Shown: in pieces, positions 1 through 12,396 of the stretch
How the letters are laid out: every line of letters begins with the position of its first letter
How positions within the stretch are numbered: position 1 is the stretch's first letter
Source of the DNA: an uncultured Pseudomonadota bacterium
GTDB lineage: Bacteria; Myxococcota_A; Polyangia; Fen-1088
DNA: 64,000 bases
Assembly: GCA_963778795.1 (NCBI GenBank)
Contig: CAVZVU010000001.1
Location: 1,452,776 to 1,516,775, forward strand
Direction: 5' to 3'
Notes under the pieces: model-generated
Databases searched by the model: none
What the model saw: only the letters and a program-made list of their open reading frames with translations
Told to the model about the DNA's origin: nothing
Program-made: the position numbers and the translations under genes

Positions 1-2625
<2,625 letters not shown>

Positions 2626-2641
2626 GCGAGAGCCGATCGCG

Positions 2642-4180
2642 GTGGTGAACATTCGAGCAACCGATCTGGACCGCGGGCGCGGCGCCGCCGCCGCCGGCGC
2701 GGGCAGCGAGCCGCCGTCGCGATCCGACGCGCTGCTGGCGGCGTGGCGCGCCTACTTCGCGCACGCCGACCAGCCGCCGCGCCATCCTGCCGCGCGCGAT
2801 TTCATGGATCGCGACCTGCAGACGGCGCTGGCCCGTCTGATCCCCGCCGACGCCACGGTGCTGGAGGCCGGGTGCGGGCTCGGCGAGCTGGTGGCGTCGT
2901 TGCCCAACGCGGTCCGCAAGGGGATCGACTTCCTGCCCGAGATGGTGGCCGAGGCGCGGCGCCGGCATCCCGAGATCCCGTTCGACGTCGACGACGCCTG
3001 CGCGCCCGATCCGGTGCTGGGCCCGGGGACGCAGCCGCGCGCCTGGGACGCGATCGTCTGCGATCGTCTCTGCCACAGCGTGCTCGACATCCGCGCGCTG
3101 CTGGCCGGCCTGCGCCGCCGCCTGGCGCCCGGCGGACGGATCTATCTGACGGCGTTCAACTATCTGTGGGAGGTCCCCACGCGCCTGGCCGAGCTCGCGG
3201 GCTGGAAGCGACCGGCGCCGACGTCGAACTGGCTGTCCGACAGCGACTTCAAGAACCTGTTCGACCTCGCCGGGCTCGAGGTGGTGCGCTACGAAGACCG
3301 GCTGATCCTGCCGCTGGATCGTCCCCGGCGCGTCGTCGGCGCTGAACCGCTATCTGGTGCGCCTCCCGGCGTTCAACCGGCTGTCGCTTTACCGCATCTA
3401 CGTGCTGCGCGATCGCGGGACCACGGCGCCGCCGGCGCCGGCGTGCAGCGGCGCGCCGCGCCAGCGTCACCGTGGTGGTCCCGACGCGCAACGAGGCCGG
3501 CAACGTTCAGGCAGCGATCGATCGCACGCCGGTGATGGGCAGCGGGACCGAGCTGATCTTCGTCGAGGGGGGCTCGACCGACGGCACCTGGGAGACGATC
3601 CAGTCGTGCATCGCCGCCTATCGCGGGCCGCTGACGCTGCGCGCGTTCCAGCAGACCGGCAAGGGCAAGGGGGACGCGGTCCGCCTCGGCTTCGCGAAGG
3701 CGACCGGCGATCTCCTGATGATCCTCGACGCCGATCTGACCGTGCCGCCCGAGGAGCTGCCGGAGTTCTTCGAGGTCGCCGTGCGCGGGCCACGCCGACT
3801 TCGTGCAGGGGACGCGCCTGGTCTATCCGATGGAGCCGGGCGCGATGCGCTTCTTCAACAAGCTGGGCAACGTCGCCTTCTCGCAGCTGTTCAGCTACCT
3901 GTTGCAGCAGCCGATCAAGGACACGCTGTGCGGCACCAAGGTGCTGTGGCGCGCCGACTACGAGCGCATCGCGGCGGCGCGGCACTACTTCGGCGACTTC
4001 GATCCGTTCGGCGACTTCGACCTGATCTTCGGCGCCGCGCGGCTGAATCTGAAGATCGCCGAGATCCCGGTGCGCTATCGCGATCGCACCTACGGCGAGA
4101 CCAACATCTCGCGCTGGAAGCACGGCTGGCTGCTGCTGCGCATGTCGGCGGTGGCGGCGCGCAAGCTCAAGTTCGTCTGA
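2642..4180 (+). pseudogene. bifunctional class I SAM-dependent methyltransferase / family 2 glycosyltransferase (frame-disrupted)
   Basis: N-terminal half has MT motifs VLEAGCGLGELV and RLAPGGRIYLT. C-terminal half has GT-A motifs VVVPTRNEAGNV, ELIFVEGGSTDGT, LMILDADLTVPPEE and KDTLCGTKVLWR. About 513 codons in total. GTG start assumed at 2642. Frame changes near 3335, 3455 and 3790. Confidence 0.75.
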
Positions 4181-4217
4181 GCGACCCGCGGCCGCACGGA
4201 CACGTCAGGCGGACCGC

Positions 4218-4993
4218 GTGCCGACGCCCGAACAGCGCGCAGGACGCTGGAGCGGTTTCGCCAGCACCGGCAGGCCTGGGACGACAACCGCGGCGTTGCG
4301 CACGCTCTACGCCGAGTGGTATCGCCGCATCGGCGCCGCGCTGCCGCCGCCCGACGCTGGGACCGGCAGATCGAGCTCGGCTCGGGGCCGGGGTTCGCGC
4401 GGGGATTCATCCCGTCGCTGGAGCTGACCGACGTGGTGGCGGCGCCCTGGCACGATCACGAGCTGACCGCCGAGGAGATCCCCGCCGCCGACGGCAGCGT
4501 CGGCGCGCTGGTGCTGTTCGACGTGCTTCACCACCTGCCGTCGCCGCGCCGATTCTTCGTCGAGGCGACGCGCGTGCTGCGGCCGGCGGGGCGCATCGTG
4601 CTGTGCGAGCCGCTGATCAGCCCGCTGTCTTACCCGGTCTACAAGCTGCTGCACGAGGAGCCGGTCGACATGTCGGTCGATCCGCTGGCGCTCGACGCTT
4701 CCGACGGTGAGCGCGCGGACAAGGATCCGTTCGATTCGAATCAGGCGATCCCGACGGTGCTGTTCGGGCGTCACCGGACCGCCTTCGAGCGGGCCTTCCC
4801 GTCGCTGAGGATCGTGTCGGTCGCGCACCTCGCCGGCCCGAGCTATGCGGCGTCGGGCGGATTTTCACGCGGCGCGTTGCTGCCGGTCGCGATGTGGCGC
4901 GCCCTGCACGGCATCGAGCGGCGCCTGCCCGAGTGGATATTTCGCTGGATCGGGTTTCGGCTGCTGGTGGTGATCGAGCGCCGGTTCTCGTAA
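4218..4993 (+). pseudogene. class I SAM-dependent methyltransferase (N-terminal frame changes)
   Basis: IELGSGPGF, ALVLFDVLHHLPSPRRFFVEATRVLRPAGRIVLCEP. The first ~35 codons switch between the frames of ORFs 4218 and 4316 (LRTLYAEWYRRIGAALPP in one, the rest in the other). Start position uncertain. Confidence 0.7.
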
Positions 4994-5266
4994 GGGGGAC
5001 AGCGCATTTCATGCGCGTCGACCTTTTGTTTCCTCCTGGAAAATTCTTGCGCGCGGAGCCTGAAATCGCGTGCAGCGCATTGCATTGGGCCGGTGATTGG
5101 ATTAGTCCTGTCTGCGCTACGGCGACGGCCGGGCGTGGTTGGTGGGCTCACCCACCGACTCTGCGATTCAACCTTAAAATAGGAGACGATCGTGAGGGGC
5201 GGAACCGAGGGCGGCGGAGCTAGGGGTGGAAGCAATACCAGGTGGCAGCGGGAGGAGGTCGAGTCG

Positions 5267-5413
5267 ATGTGGTATCGCGACGCTGACGGCGTGCGCGCGG
5301 AGCTCTTGGCGCAGAAGGAGATCCATCAGATGGAGATCCAGACCTGGCGCCACCCGCTGACGCGGCTCGCGACTATCTGGGCGGGTTGGCGGCGGCGACT
5401 CTGGCGGAGCTGA
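5267..5413 (+). CDS. possible small protein (48 aa), unknown function
   Basis: ATG at 5267 is preceded by GGAGGAGG (5251-5258) with an 8-nt spacer. Third-position GC is high. The ORF ends just before a hairpin at 5424-5477. It overlaps the low-complexity 3' tail of the convergent ORF 5373..6425. No homology recognised. Confidence 0.25.
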   Translation: MWYRDADGVRAELLAQKEIHQMEIQTWRHPLTRLATIWAGWRRRLWRS

Positions 5414-6425
5414 CGTCGCTGTCGCCGGCGCGCAAGGACGTCGGTGAGGATGATAATTGCGACGACGTCGGCGCCGGTGAGCGGGTCCGCGCCACCGGCG
5501 GCAGGCTCGCCGCGTGCTCACGATCGACCGACTCGCGGTAGTGATCGCATCGCTCCTTCCACTCGCGCGTGCTCTTCGGCATCGGGACGCGCGCGCGGGT
5601 GACGAAGGAGATCAGGTCTTTTCCGCCGCGGATCAGATCGCGCCCCTGCCACGCGTAGTGCTCGTCGGCCAGCGACGGCTCGGGCGGCAGCGTGGGGCGA
5701 AAACAGGACAGTCGCTCGGCGGCCGCCACGAACGACGCCCACACGTCGAAGATCTCGACGTCGGTGTGCAGCGTCTCGCACTTGGCGCGCGCGGTCTTGG
5801 CGAGGTCACTCACGTAGGCCTCGATGCCGTTGAACATCTCGAGCCCGTCGAAGGTCGACACCATCACTTCGGCGATGCCGTCGATCGCGCGCATGGTCTG
5901 CGAGATCTTGATGTACCGGCTGCGGTAGAAGTCCTCGATCGGGAAGGCGAAGGCCTTGAACGGCTCGCCCCAGAGCTCGTCGATCCCTTCTTCGCCGCTG
6001 CGGTGAAGCACCATCTTGCCGAGCGCGAGCGCCTCCTGCAGATGCTCGCTGCACTGCCGCATGAGGGCGTTGTCGGAGCGGATCTCCAACCCCAGCGCCT
6101 GGATGTCGACCACCTTGGTGAAGACCTGCGTCGCGCGATTGAACAGCGCGCCGGCGAGCATCGCGCCCTTGACCCGCTGCTTTTGCGGATCGGTCTCCGC
6201 CTCGAAGGCGCGCCGCGCCTCCTCGAGGCGGAAGCCGGGGATGTTGAGCCCGTGCTCGACGTGGTTGAACAGCCGGCGCGTGAGCGCCTCGATCAGCGCC
6301 TTCTTCGCCGCCAGCGTGTCGGCCGGCGCGTCGTAGGCCTTGATCCAGTAGCCGTCGTAGAAGACCCGCCACTGCCCGTCGATCTGACGCTTGGTTCCTG
6401 CTGCCATCTTGCCGTCGCTGTCCAT
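5373..6425 (-). CDS. hypothetical protein, predicted all-alpha, no domain recognised
   Basis: Uninterrupted 350-codon ORF with coding-like composition. The last ~45 codons (..AASLPPVARTRSPAPTSSQLSSSPTSLRAG..) look non-coding and run through a hairpin, so the true stop may lie nearer 5500. Confidence 0.7.
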   Translation of the reverse strand: MDSDGKMAAGTKRQIDGQWRVFYDGYWIKAYDAPADTLAAKKALIEALTRRLFNHVEHGLNIPGFRLEEARRAFEAETDPQKQRVKGAMLAGALFNRATQVFTKVVDIQALGLEIRSDNALMRQCSEHLQEALALGKMVLHRSGEEGIDELWGEPFKAFAFPIEDFYRSRYIKISQTMRAIDGIAEVMVSTFDGLEMFNGIEAYVSDLAKTARAKCETLHTDVEIFDVWASFVAAAERLSCFRPTLPPEPSLADEHYAWQGRDLIRGGKDLISFVTRARVPMPKSTREWKERCDHYRESVDREHAASLPPVARTRSPAPTSSQLSSSPTSLRAGDSDVSSARVAAANPPR

Positions 6426-6581
6426 GACTCCCCGTCAGTGTCCGCAGTCTACGCTCGGCGGTTCACACGCGCGCGACTGCGAAAAGAATTAGCCTCGCGT
6501 TTACGTCGCGGAAACATGCCGCGCGCGAGAGATGACCACGGCGCGCGCACGAGCTCAAGGGTTCTGACGTCAGAGTTGACC

Positions 6582-7817
6582 TCATGGCCGCCCGACGATC
6601 TGAATTCCGTTGACCGGCGCCCGGTGGAGCGGTGTGTTCGACGAGAAGCCGGGAAAAGCAGTAAGCGTGAATGCGCTGCCGCGAAGGCTCCGAAAAACCA
6701 CGTAGTTGCCGGCGCCGCCCGTTGCTTGCACGTAGGTGCCGGCGAAGCGCTGGGTTGTGCTCTGAACCTCGCGCACGGTCGAGGCGCCGATTGTGTAGTT
6801 GAATGCACGGATCTGATCTCCGCCCGGGGTGAAAAATGCGCTGGCGTAGACGTAGACGTCGTAGCCGTTGCTGGTGACGGCGCTCGGTAGCCCGCTCACG
6901 CTCACCGTCGCTGTCTGTCCGTTAGTGGGGTCGAGGTAGCCGTTCATCATTCGAAAATCGCCCGGCGTATCGGGCAAGCCGATCGCGAAGACGTTCGCGC
7001 TCCGGGGCCCGCGCCATTCGATCGCCGCCGTGGTCGTCGCGCCGTCAGCGTCGACCAGGTTGGCGAGCGCGCCGGCGCCGCGCGCGGCGCTGTTCCAGTG
7101 GGCCCGGCGCACCACGCCCGCGGCTTCGGCCGGCGCCATCGGCGTGCCGGTGCCGACGAAGTCGACGCTGATCACTCTCGGTGCTGCGCCCGTGATTGTG
7201 ACGCCGCCCGTTCCGGATGAGCCGCCGGTCGCGGTGGTGGCGCCGCCCGCTCCGGATGAGCCGCCGGTCCCGGTGGTGGCGCCGCCCGCTCCGGTCGAGG
7301 TCGAGGCCGAGCCGCCGGCGCCGCCCGGCGCGCCCGCGTCGGTGCCGTTTGCGCCGCCGCCGGCGCCGCGGCCGCCGCCAGCACCGCCGACGCCACTCGC
7401 CCCGCCGTCGCTGCCGGGCGATGCGCCGAGCGTGAGCCGAACCGAGACCTGGCGGTCGAGCTCGACGTCGACGTCGACGCTGTCGGTCGAGACAATCTTG
7501 CCGGCGATCAGACCGTCGGCGCGGATGCGCAGCCGATCGAAGTCTTGGTTGGGATAGATGACCAGCGTCCCCAGCAGCTCACCGCTCGGCGCCGGAACCC
7601 GCTCCGTGCTCGAGCTGAGCAGCGGCCCGGCCGTCGTGCCGTCGGGCGATCCGTCGCGCGCGAGGCCGAAGATCTCGATCGTCACCTGCTGCGGCACCGC
7701 CGCCTGCGGCGCGTTGGAGACCTCGAGGTAGATGCTGGTCGCGACGTTGCTCTCGCACGCGCCCAGCACCAGCGCCGCGCCAAACAGAATCGACGCCGCC
7801 TGCGTTCCAGATTTCAT
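6582..7817 (-). CDS. secreted lipoprotein with Gly/Ser/Thr-rich linker and C-terminal beta-rich, possibly carbohydrate-binding, domain
   Basis: Signal peptide plus lipobox MKSGTQAASILFGAALVLGAC. Gly-rich linker containing a 39-nt direct repeat (about 7203-7280). The C-terminal domain ends ..APVNGIQIVGRP. ATG at 7817 is preferred over the ORF-track start at 7853. Confidence 0.75.
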   Translation of the reverse strand: MKSGTQAASILFGAALVLGACESNVATSIYLEVSNAPQAAVPQQVTIEIFGLARDGSPDGTTAGPLLSSSTERVPAPSGELLGTLVIYPNQDFDRLRIRADGLIAGKIVSTDSVDVDVELDRQVSVRLTLGASPGSDGGASGVGGAGGGRGAGGGANGTDAGAPGGAGGSASTSTGAGGATTGTGGSSGAGGATTATGGSSGTGGVTITGAAPRVISVDFVGTGTPMAPAEAAGVVRRAHWNSAARGAGALANLVDADGATTTAAIEWRGPRSANVFAIGLPDTPGDFRMMNGYLDPTNGQTATVSVSGLPSAVTSNGYDVYVYASAFFTPGGDQIRAFNYTIGASTVREVQSTTQRFAGTYVQATGGAGNYVVFRSLRGSAFTLTAFPGFSSNTPLHRAPVNGIQIVGRP

Positions 7818-7878
7818 GACAAGTGAGTGATCGTCGCGCAGGGCGGTCGCCAAATCGCCGCGCAGCGACGATGCAAAT

Positions 7879-8016
7879 ACCGCCGAAACGCGCCGTCGAT
7901 CAGTGTCAACCGACTGCGTCGGGTAGTGTCAACCGACTGCGTCGGGCAGTGTCAACCGACTGCGTCGGGCGGCGTCAACCGACGGCGTCGATCAGCGTCA
8001 ATCGCGGTCGGCGCGG
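7879..8016. repeat. tandem array of a 23-nt unit (about 5 copies), each unit containing CCGAC-N3-GTCGG
   Basis: Units at 7902-7924, 7925-7947 and 7948-7970 are near identical (AGTGTCAACCGACTGCGTCGGGY). Degenerate units at 7971-7993 and 7994-8016, with a remnant at 7879-7901. Intergenic, upstream of the lipoprotein gene. Confidence 0.85.
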
Positions 8017-8032
8017 ACGAGATTGCGCGCGA

Positions 8033-8674
8033 TCAGCGGTGACGCCAGGCGCTGCACTGATACAGCGCGGCGGCGACCGGCGCGCGCGGTGGAAACGCGG
8101 CGCGCGCGACCGGCCGCAGCACGCGGCCGAGCGCCGCGGCGATGCGCGCGGGCTGGCTCACGTGATGATCGTCGATGCCCTGGAATCCGATCAGCTCGAA
8201 GGCCCGCGTCATGAGCGGGCTCACCATCGGGTAGCCGGTGACCAGCGTGCCGCCGAGCGCCAGCGCGCGCGCCAGGCCGCGCGCCGCGCCGTCGGCGTCG
8301 GCGATGTGCTCCAGCACGGAGAAGCAGACGATGGCGTCGAAGTGCGCCGGCGGCAGGTCGCCGTCGCGCAGCAGATCGGCCGCGACGAACCGCGCCTCAC
8401 AGCCGCTGGCGACCAGCGCGTCCAGCCCGGGCGCCAGCGTCAGATCGGTCCCGGTATAAGCGGGGAAGCGCTTGGTCAGCGTCGGAACCAGCACGCCGCT
8501 GCCGACGCCGACCTCCAGCACGCGCGTGCCCCCCGGCGGCAGGAGATCCAGGCCCATCTGCAGGCGGTGGCGGTAGAGCCAGCCAACCCAGGGGTGATAG
8601 TAGTAGGGCAGGGGATCGTGCGCGTCGTTGGGGCGCAACACCCCCTGCGCGGGCAACTCGAGTGTGAGGGTCAC
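8033..8674 (-). CDS. class I SAM-dependent methyltransferase
   Basis: VLEVGVGSGVL (motif I), AIVCFSVLEHI, LALGGTLV. The GTG start overlaps the upstream stop (GTGA). Confidence 0.85.
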   Translation of the reverse strand: MTLTLELPAQGVLRPNDAHDPLPYYYHPWVGWLYRHRLQMGLDLLPPGGTRVLEVGVGSGVLVPTLTKRFPAYTGTDLTLAPGLDALVASGCEARFVAADLLRDGDLPPAHFDAIVCFSVLEHIADADGAARGLARALALGGTLVTGYPMVSPLMTRAFELIGFQGIDDHHVSQPARIAAALGRVLRPVARAAFPPRAPVAAALYQCSAWRHR

Positions 8675-9572
8675 GGGCTGTTCGGTTCCTTTCTGTCATT
8701 TTGTGGCTGCGGTTGCGGTTGGGGCGCACCGGCGTGCGGGAAGCGCGGCCCCGCGATCAGTGAGTAGGCCTCGGGCGCGTACGGGTAGCGCTCGTCGACC
8801 AGGCGCTGCAGCTCGTTGGCCTCGCGCGCCAGCTCGGCCGCCACCGCCGGCCCGCGCAGCGCGCCGAGCTTGCGCCGGATCTGCTCGCGCGTCGGCTCGT
8901 CGTTGGTGACGGCGTAGGTCTGTTCCAGGTGGCGCACCGCCAGCGCGTCGCCACCCTGCTTGGTCAGCATCTGCGCCGCCAGGTTGGGCAGCCAGGGCGG
9001 CACGCCGTCGAGCAACGTCGCCTGGCGCAGCGCCTCGACGCCGCGCTGTCGCCAGGTCGGGACGCGCGGGTCGTCCTCGCCGGCCAGCGGCGGCAGCTCG
9101 AATAACAGATTGAACCCCTGCTGGAACCAGATCTCCCAGTCGCTGGGAAACGCGCGCGCGCCGCGCGTGAGGATCCGATCGGCGGCCAGCAGCGCGTCGA
9201 CCGAGAAGTCCTTGCCGTTGTAGACCAGCATGGTCGCGCCGCGACGGTAGAGGCTGTGGAACGCGGGGTCGAGATCGAGCGCCGTCGTGAGGTAGCGCTC
9301 GAGCCAGCGCTGCTCGCCGTGCGCCACGAGCTGGGCGCCGAAGTAGACATTGGTCCGCGCCGCGACCAGATCGGCGGCGACCTCGGTGTGGCCGAGGCTG
9401 GCCACGCGCAGCGCGCCGGCGCTGGGCAGCGCCAGCGTGTCGTCTTCGGCCGGCCAGGTCGCGCGCAGCGCCAGCGCCCGCCGCAGCGTCCCGCCGGTCA
9501 CCGCGACCAGCATCAGCGTGACCGCCAGCAGCCCGGCGATCTCCAGCGCCCGCCGCGCCGTCGCGGGGGCGG

Positions 9573-9576
<4 letters not shown>
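8671..9576 (-). CDS. membrane-anchored alpha-helical (TPR-like) protein, unknown function
   Basis: N-terminal TM LEIAGLLAVTLMLVAVTGG, then a helical repeat-like sequence. The GTG start overlaps the stop of the regulator gene (GTGA), and its own stop overlaps the next start. Confidence 0.7.
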
Positions 9577-11087
<1,511 letters not shown>

Positions 11088-11103
11088 GGGCGGCAGCTTC
11101 CGG

Positions 11104-11832
11104 TCACGCTTGCTTCCTCGCCACCAGGATCAGGAAGCCGCCCAGGTGTCGAAGCAGCGGAAGGTCGCAGGCCGCCTGCTCGGCCCAGTTGAACAGCTGC
11201 CCCGCGGGTGGAAACGCGAACACCTTCGAGGTCGGCGTCAGGATGCGGACGCCGCGCACGCCGATCAGCTCGACGCCTGCCGGCAAGTAGGATTGCGCTT
11301 TGCGGGCGGTGTCGTAGCGGGTGAAGACGTCGTGGTCGGTCGTGCCGTCAGCGATGCGCGCCGGCCCGCCCAGGCGCTTGGCCAGATAGCGCAACGAGTA
11401 CGGGTTGTAGAACTCGAGCAGCATGTGGCCCCCCGGCCGCACCAGCCGCGCCAGCTCGACCAGCGCCTTTTCGATCGGCGGGATATGGGCCAGCACCTTC
11501 ATGCTGTAGACCAGATCGACCGATTCGGAAGGGAGCGGCACGTCGGTGAGCGACCCCTGTACCACGCGCAGCCCCCGCCCCTGCGCCGTCTTCAGCATCC
11601 CGCGCGACAGATCCAGCCCCACCGCCGAACGCGCCACCAGCCCCGCCTGGCGCAGCAGCAGCCCGGTTCCGCAGCCGGCCTCGAAGACGTCCCGGCCCTC
11701 GCCGTACTGCCGGATGAGCTGCAGCTCCAGCTCGTCAATCATCCGGTGGTAACCGTGGTGCCGCTCGGCCTCGTAGGTCGTCGAGAAGCGGTCGTAGTAG
11801 GTCTGGGTCGTCGGGGGCGTGATCGTCGACAT
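11104..11832 (-). CDS. class I SAM-dependent methyltransferase
   Basis: VFEAGCGTGLLL (motif I), DLVYSMKVLAHI, VRPGGHMLLEF. ATG at 11832 (MSTITPP) is preferred over the ORF-track start at 11880. Confidence 0.85.
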   Translation of the reverse strand: MSTITPPTTQTYYDRFSTTYEAERHHGYHRMIDELELQLIRQYGEGRDVFEAGCGTGLLLRQAGLVARSAVGLDLSRGMLKTAQGRGLRVVQGSLTDVPLPSESVDLVYSMKVLAHIPPIEKALVELARLVRPGGHMLLEFYNPYSLRYLAKRLGGPARIADGTTDHDVFTRYDTARKAQSYLPAGVELIGVRGVRILTPTSKVFAFPPAGQLFNWAEQAACDLPLLRHLGGFLILVARKQA

Positions 11833-11844
11833 CTTTCGGCAGGC

Positions 11845-11850
11845 ATTATA
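11845..11850 (-). promoter_or_regulatory. possible -10 box (TATAAT on minus strand) 12 nt upstream of the methyltransferase ATG, implying a very short or absent leader
   Basis: A perfect TATAAT in otherwise GC-rich DNA. No convincing -35 box and no Shine-Dalgarno between it and the ATG. Confidence 0.3.
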
Positions 11851-11896
11851 GCGGGGCCATGGCCCAAGGGGCGGCTCCAACGCGGTTCACGTGGGT

Positions 11897-12115
11897 TCAA
11901 AGCGGGGCGGGGACCGACGAGGGCGCGGGTCCTGTCACGGGGTGGGGTCCTCCCCGCTGCGGTCAGATGGCGGGAGCAGCCTGGCTTGTTGTGGCAACTC
12001 CCGATCGCCATTCATCGGAATCGGTCGCGCAGGGCACGACACGCCGCCATCTGACCGCATCGGGGTCCCCCCCACCCCGGGCCACCCGCGCCCTCATCGG
12101 TCCCCGCTCTCAATG
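11897..12115. repeat. long-hairpin repeat element, copy A (about 70-nt self-complementary arms around a ~70-nt core)
   Basis: For example 11959-11973 GCGGTCAGATGGCGG pairs perfectly with 12044-12058 CCGCCATCTGACCGC, and the outer arms pair as well. The core at 11972-12047 is shared with copy B in the opposite orientation. Confidence 0.8.
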
Positions 12116-12167
12116 AGAGAGCTCTCGGCTCGTCCGACGCGGGATCGTTCCCATGTGTCGCAAGCGA

Positions 12168-12380
12168 TCTCGTTGAGAGCACCGAGAAGCGAAGGGCGCG
12201 GGTGACCGGAGTGGGGGGACCCAAATGGGAGCGGACCGCGGCGTGTCGTGCCTTGCGCGACCGATTCCGATGAGCGGTGTTCGGGGGTTGCCACAACAAG
12301 CCAGGCTGCTCCCGCGGTCCGATCCCATTTGGGAGGACCCACGCAGGGCAGGACCCGCGCCCTTTGCTTCTCGGTGCCCC
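12168..12380. repeat. long-hairpin repeat element, copy B (inverted relative to copy A)
   Basis: 12223-12241 pairs with 12311-12329 (1 mismatch). Core blocks 12287-12313, 12254-12273 and 12238-12250 are exact reverse complements of 11972-11998, 12012-12031 and 12035-12047. Confidence 0.8.
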
Positions 12381-12396
12381 CGTTAGGAGAAGGGGG

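Noticed and set aside
2642-4180. Annotating the methyltransferase and the GT2 as two separate genes
   Set aside because: After frame reconciliation there is no stop and no start/SD signal between the halves, and the combined length fits known bifunctional MT/GT2 proteins. This remains uncertain because two frame changes lie at the junction.
5037-5050. Sigma-54-like motif CTGGAAAATTCTTGC
   Set aside because: The GG-to-GC spacing is 9 nt instead of the required 10. The repeat core at 11979-11996 (CTGGCTTGTTGTGGCA) has the same problem.
5514-6890. 458-aa plus-strand ORF, and similar long ORFs at 29142..30680 (+), 32774..34546 (-), 50385..51872 (-), 54295..56031 (+) and 62002..63951 (-)
   Set aside because: All are antisense to, or in alternative frames of, genes with clear motifs (hypothetical 350-aa protein, Pro-rich protein, glnD, guaA, AMP-ligase, alaS). 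Their products are low-complexity and Arg/Gly/Ala/Pro-rich.
7879-8016. Tandem 23-nt repeats considered as a CRISPR array
   Set aside because: The units are contiguous with no spacers, are shorter than CRISPR repeats, and no cas genes are present in the window.
11859-12342. Several 70-105-aa ORFs on both strands across the palindromic region
   Set aside because: They mirror each other only because the DNA is an inverted repeat. They lack ribosome-binding sites, and their translations are Gly/Arg/Pro-rich. The region is better explained as non-coding structured repeats.
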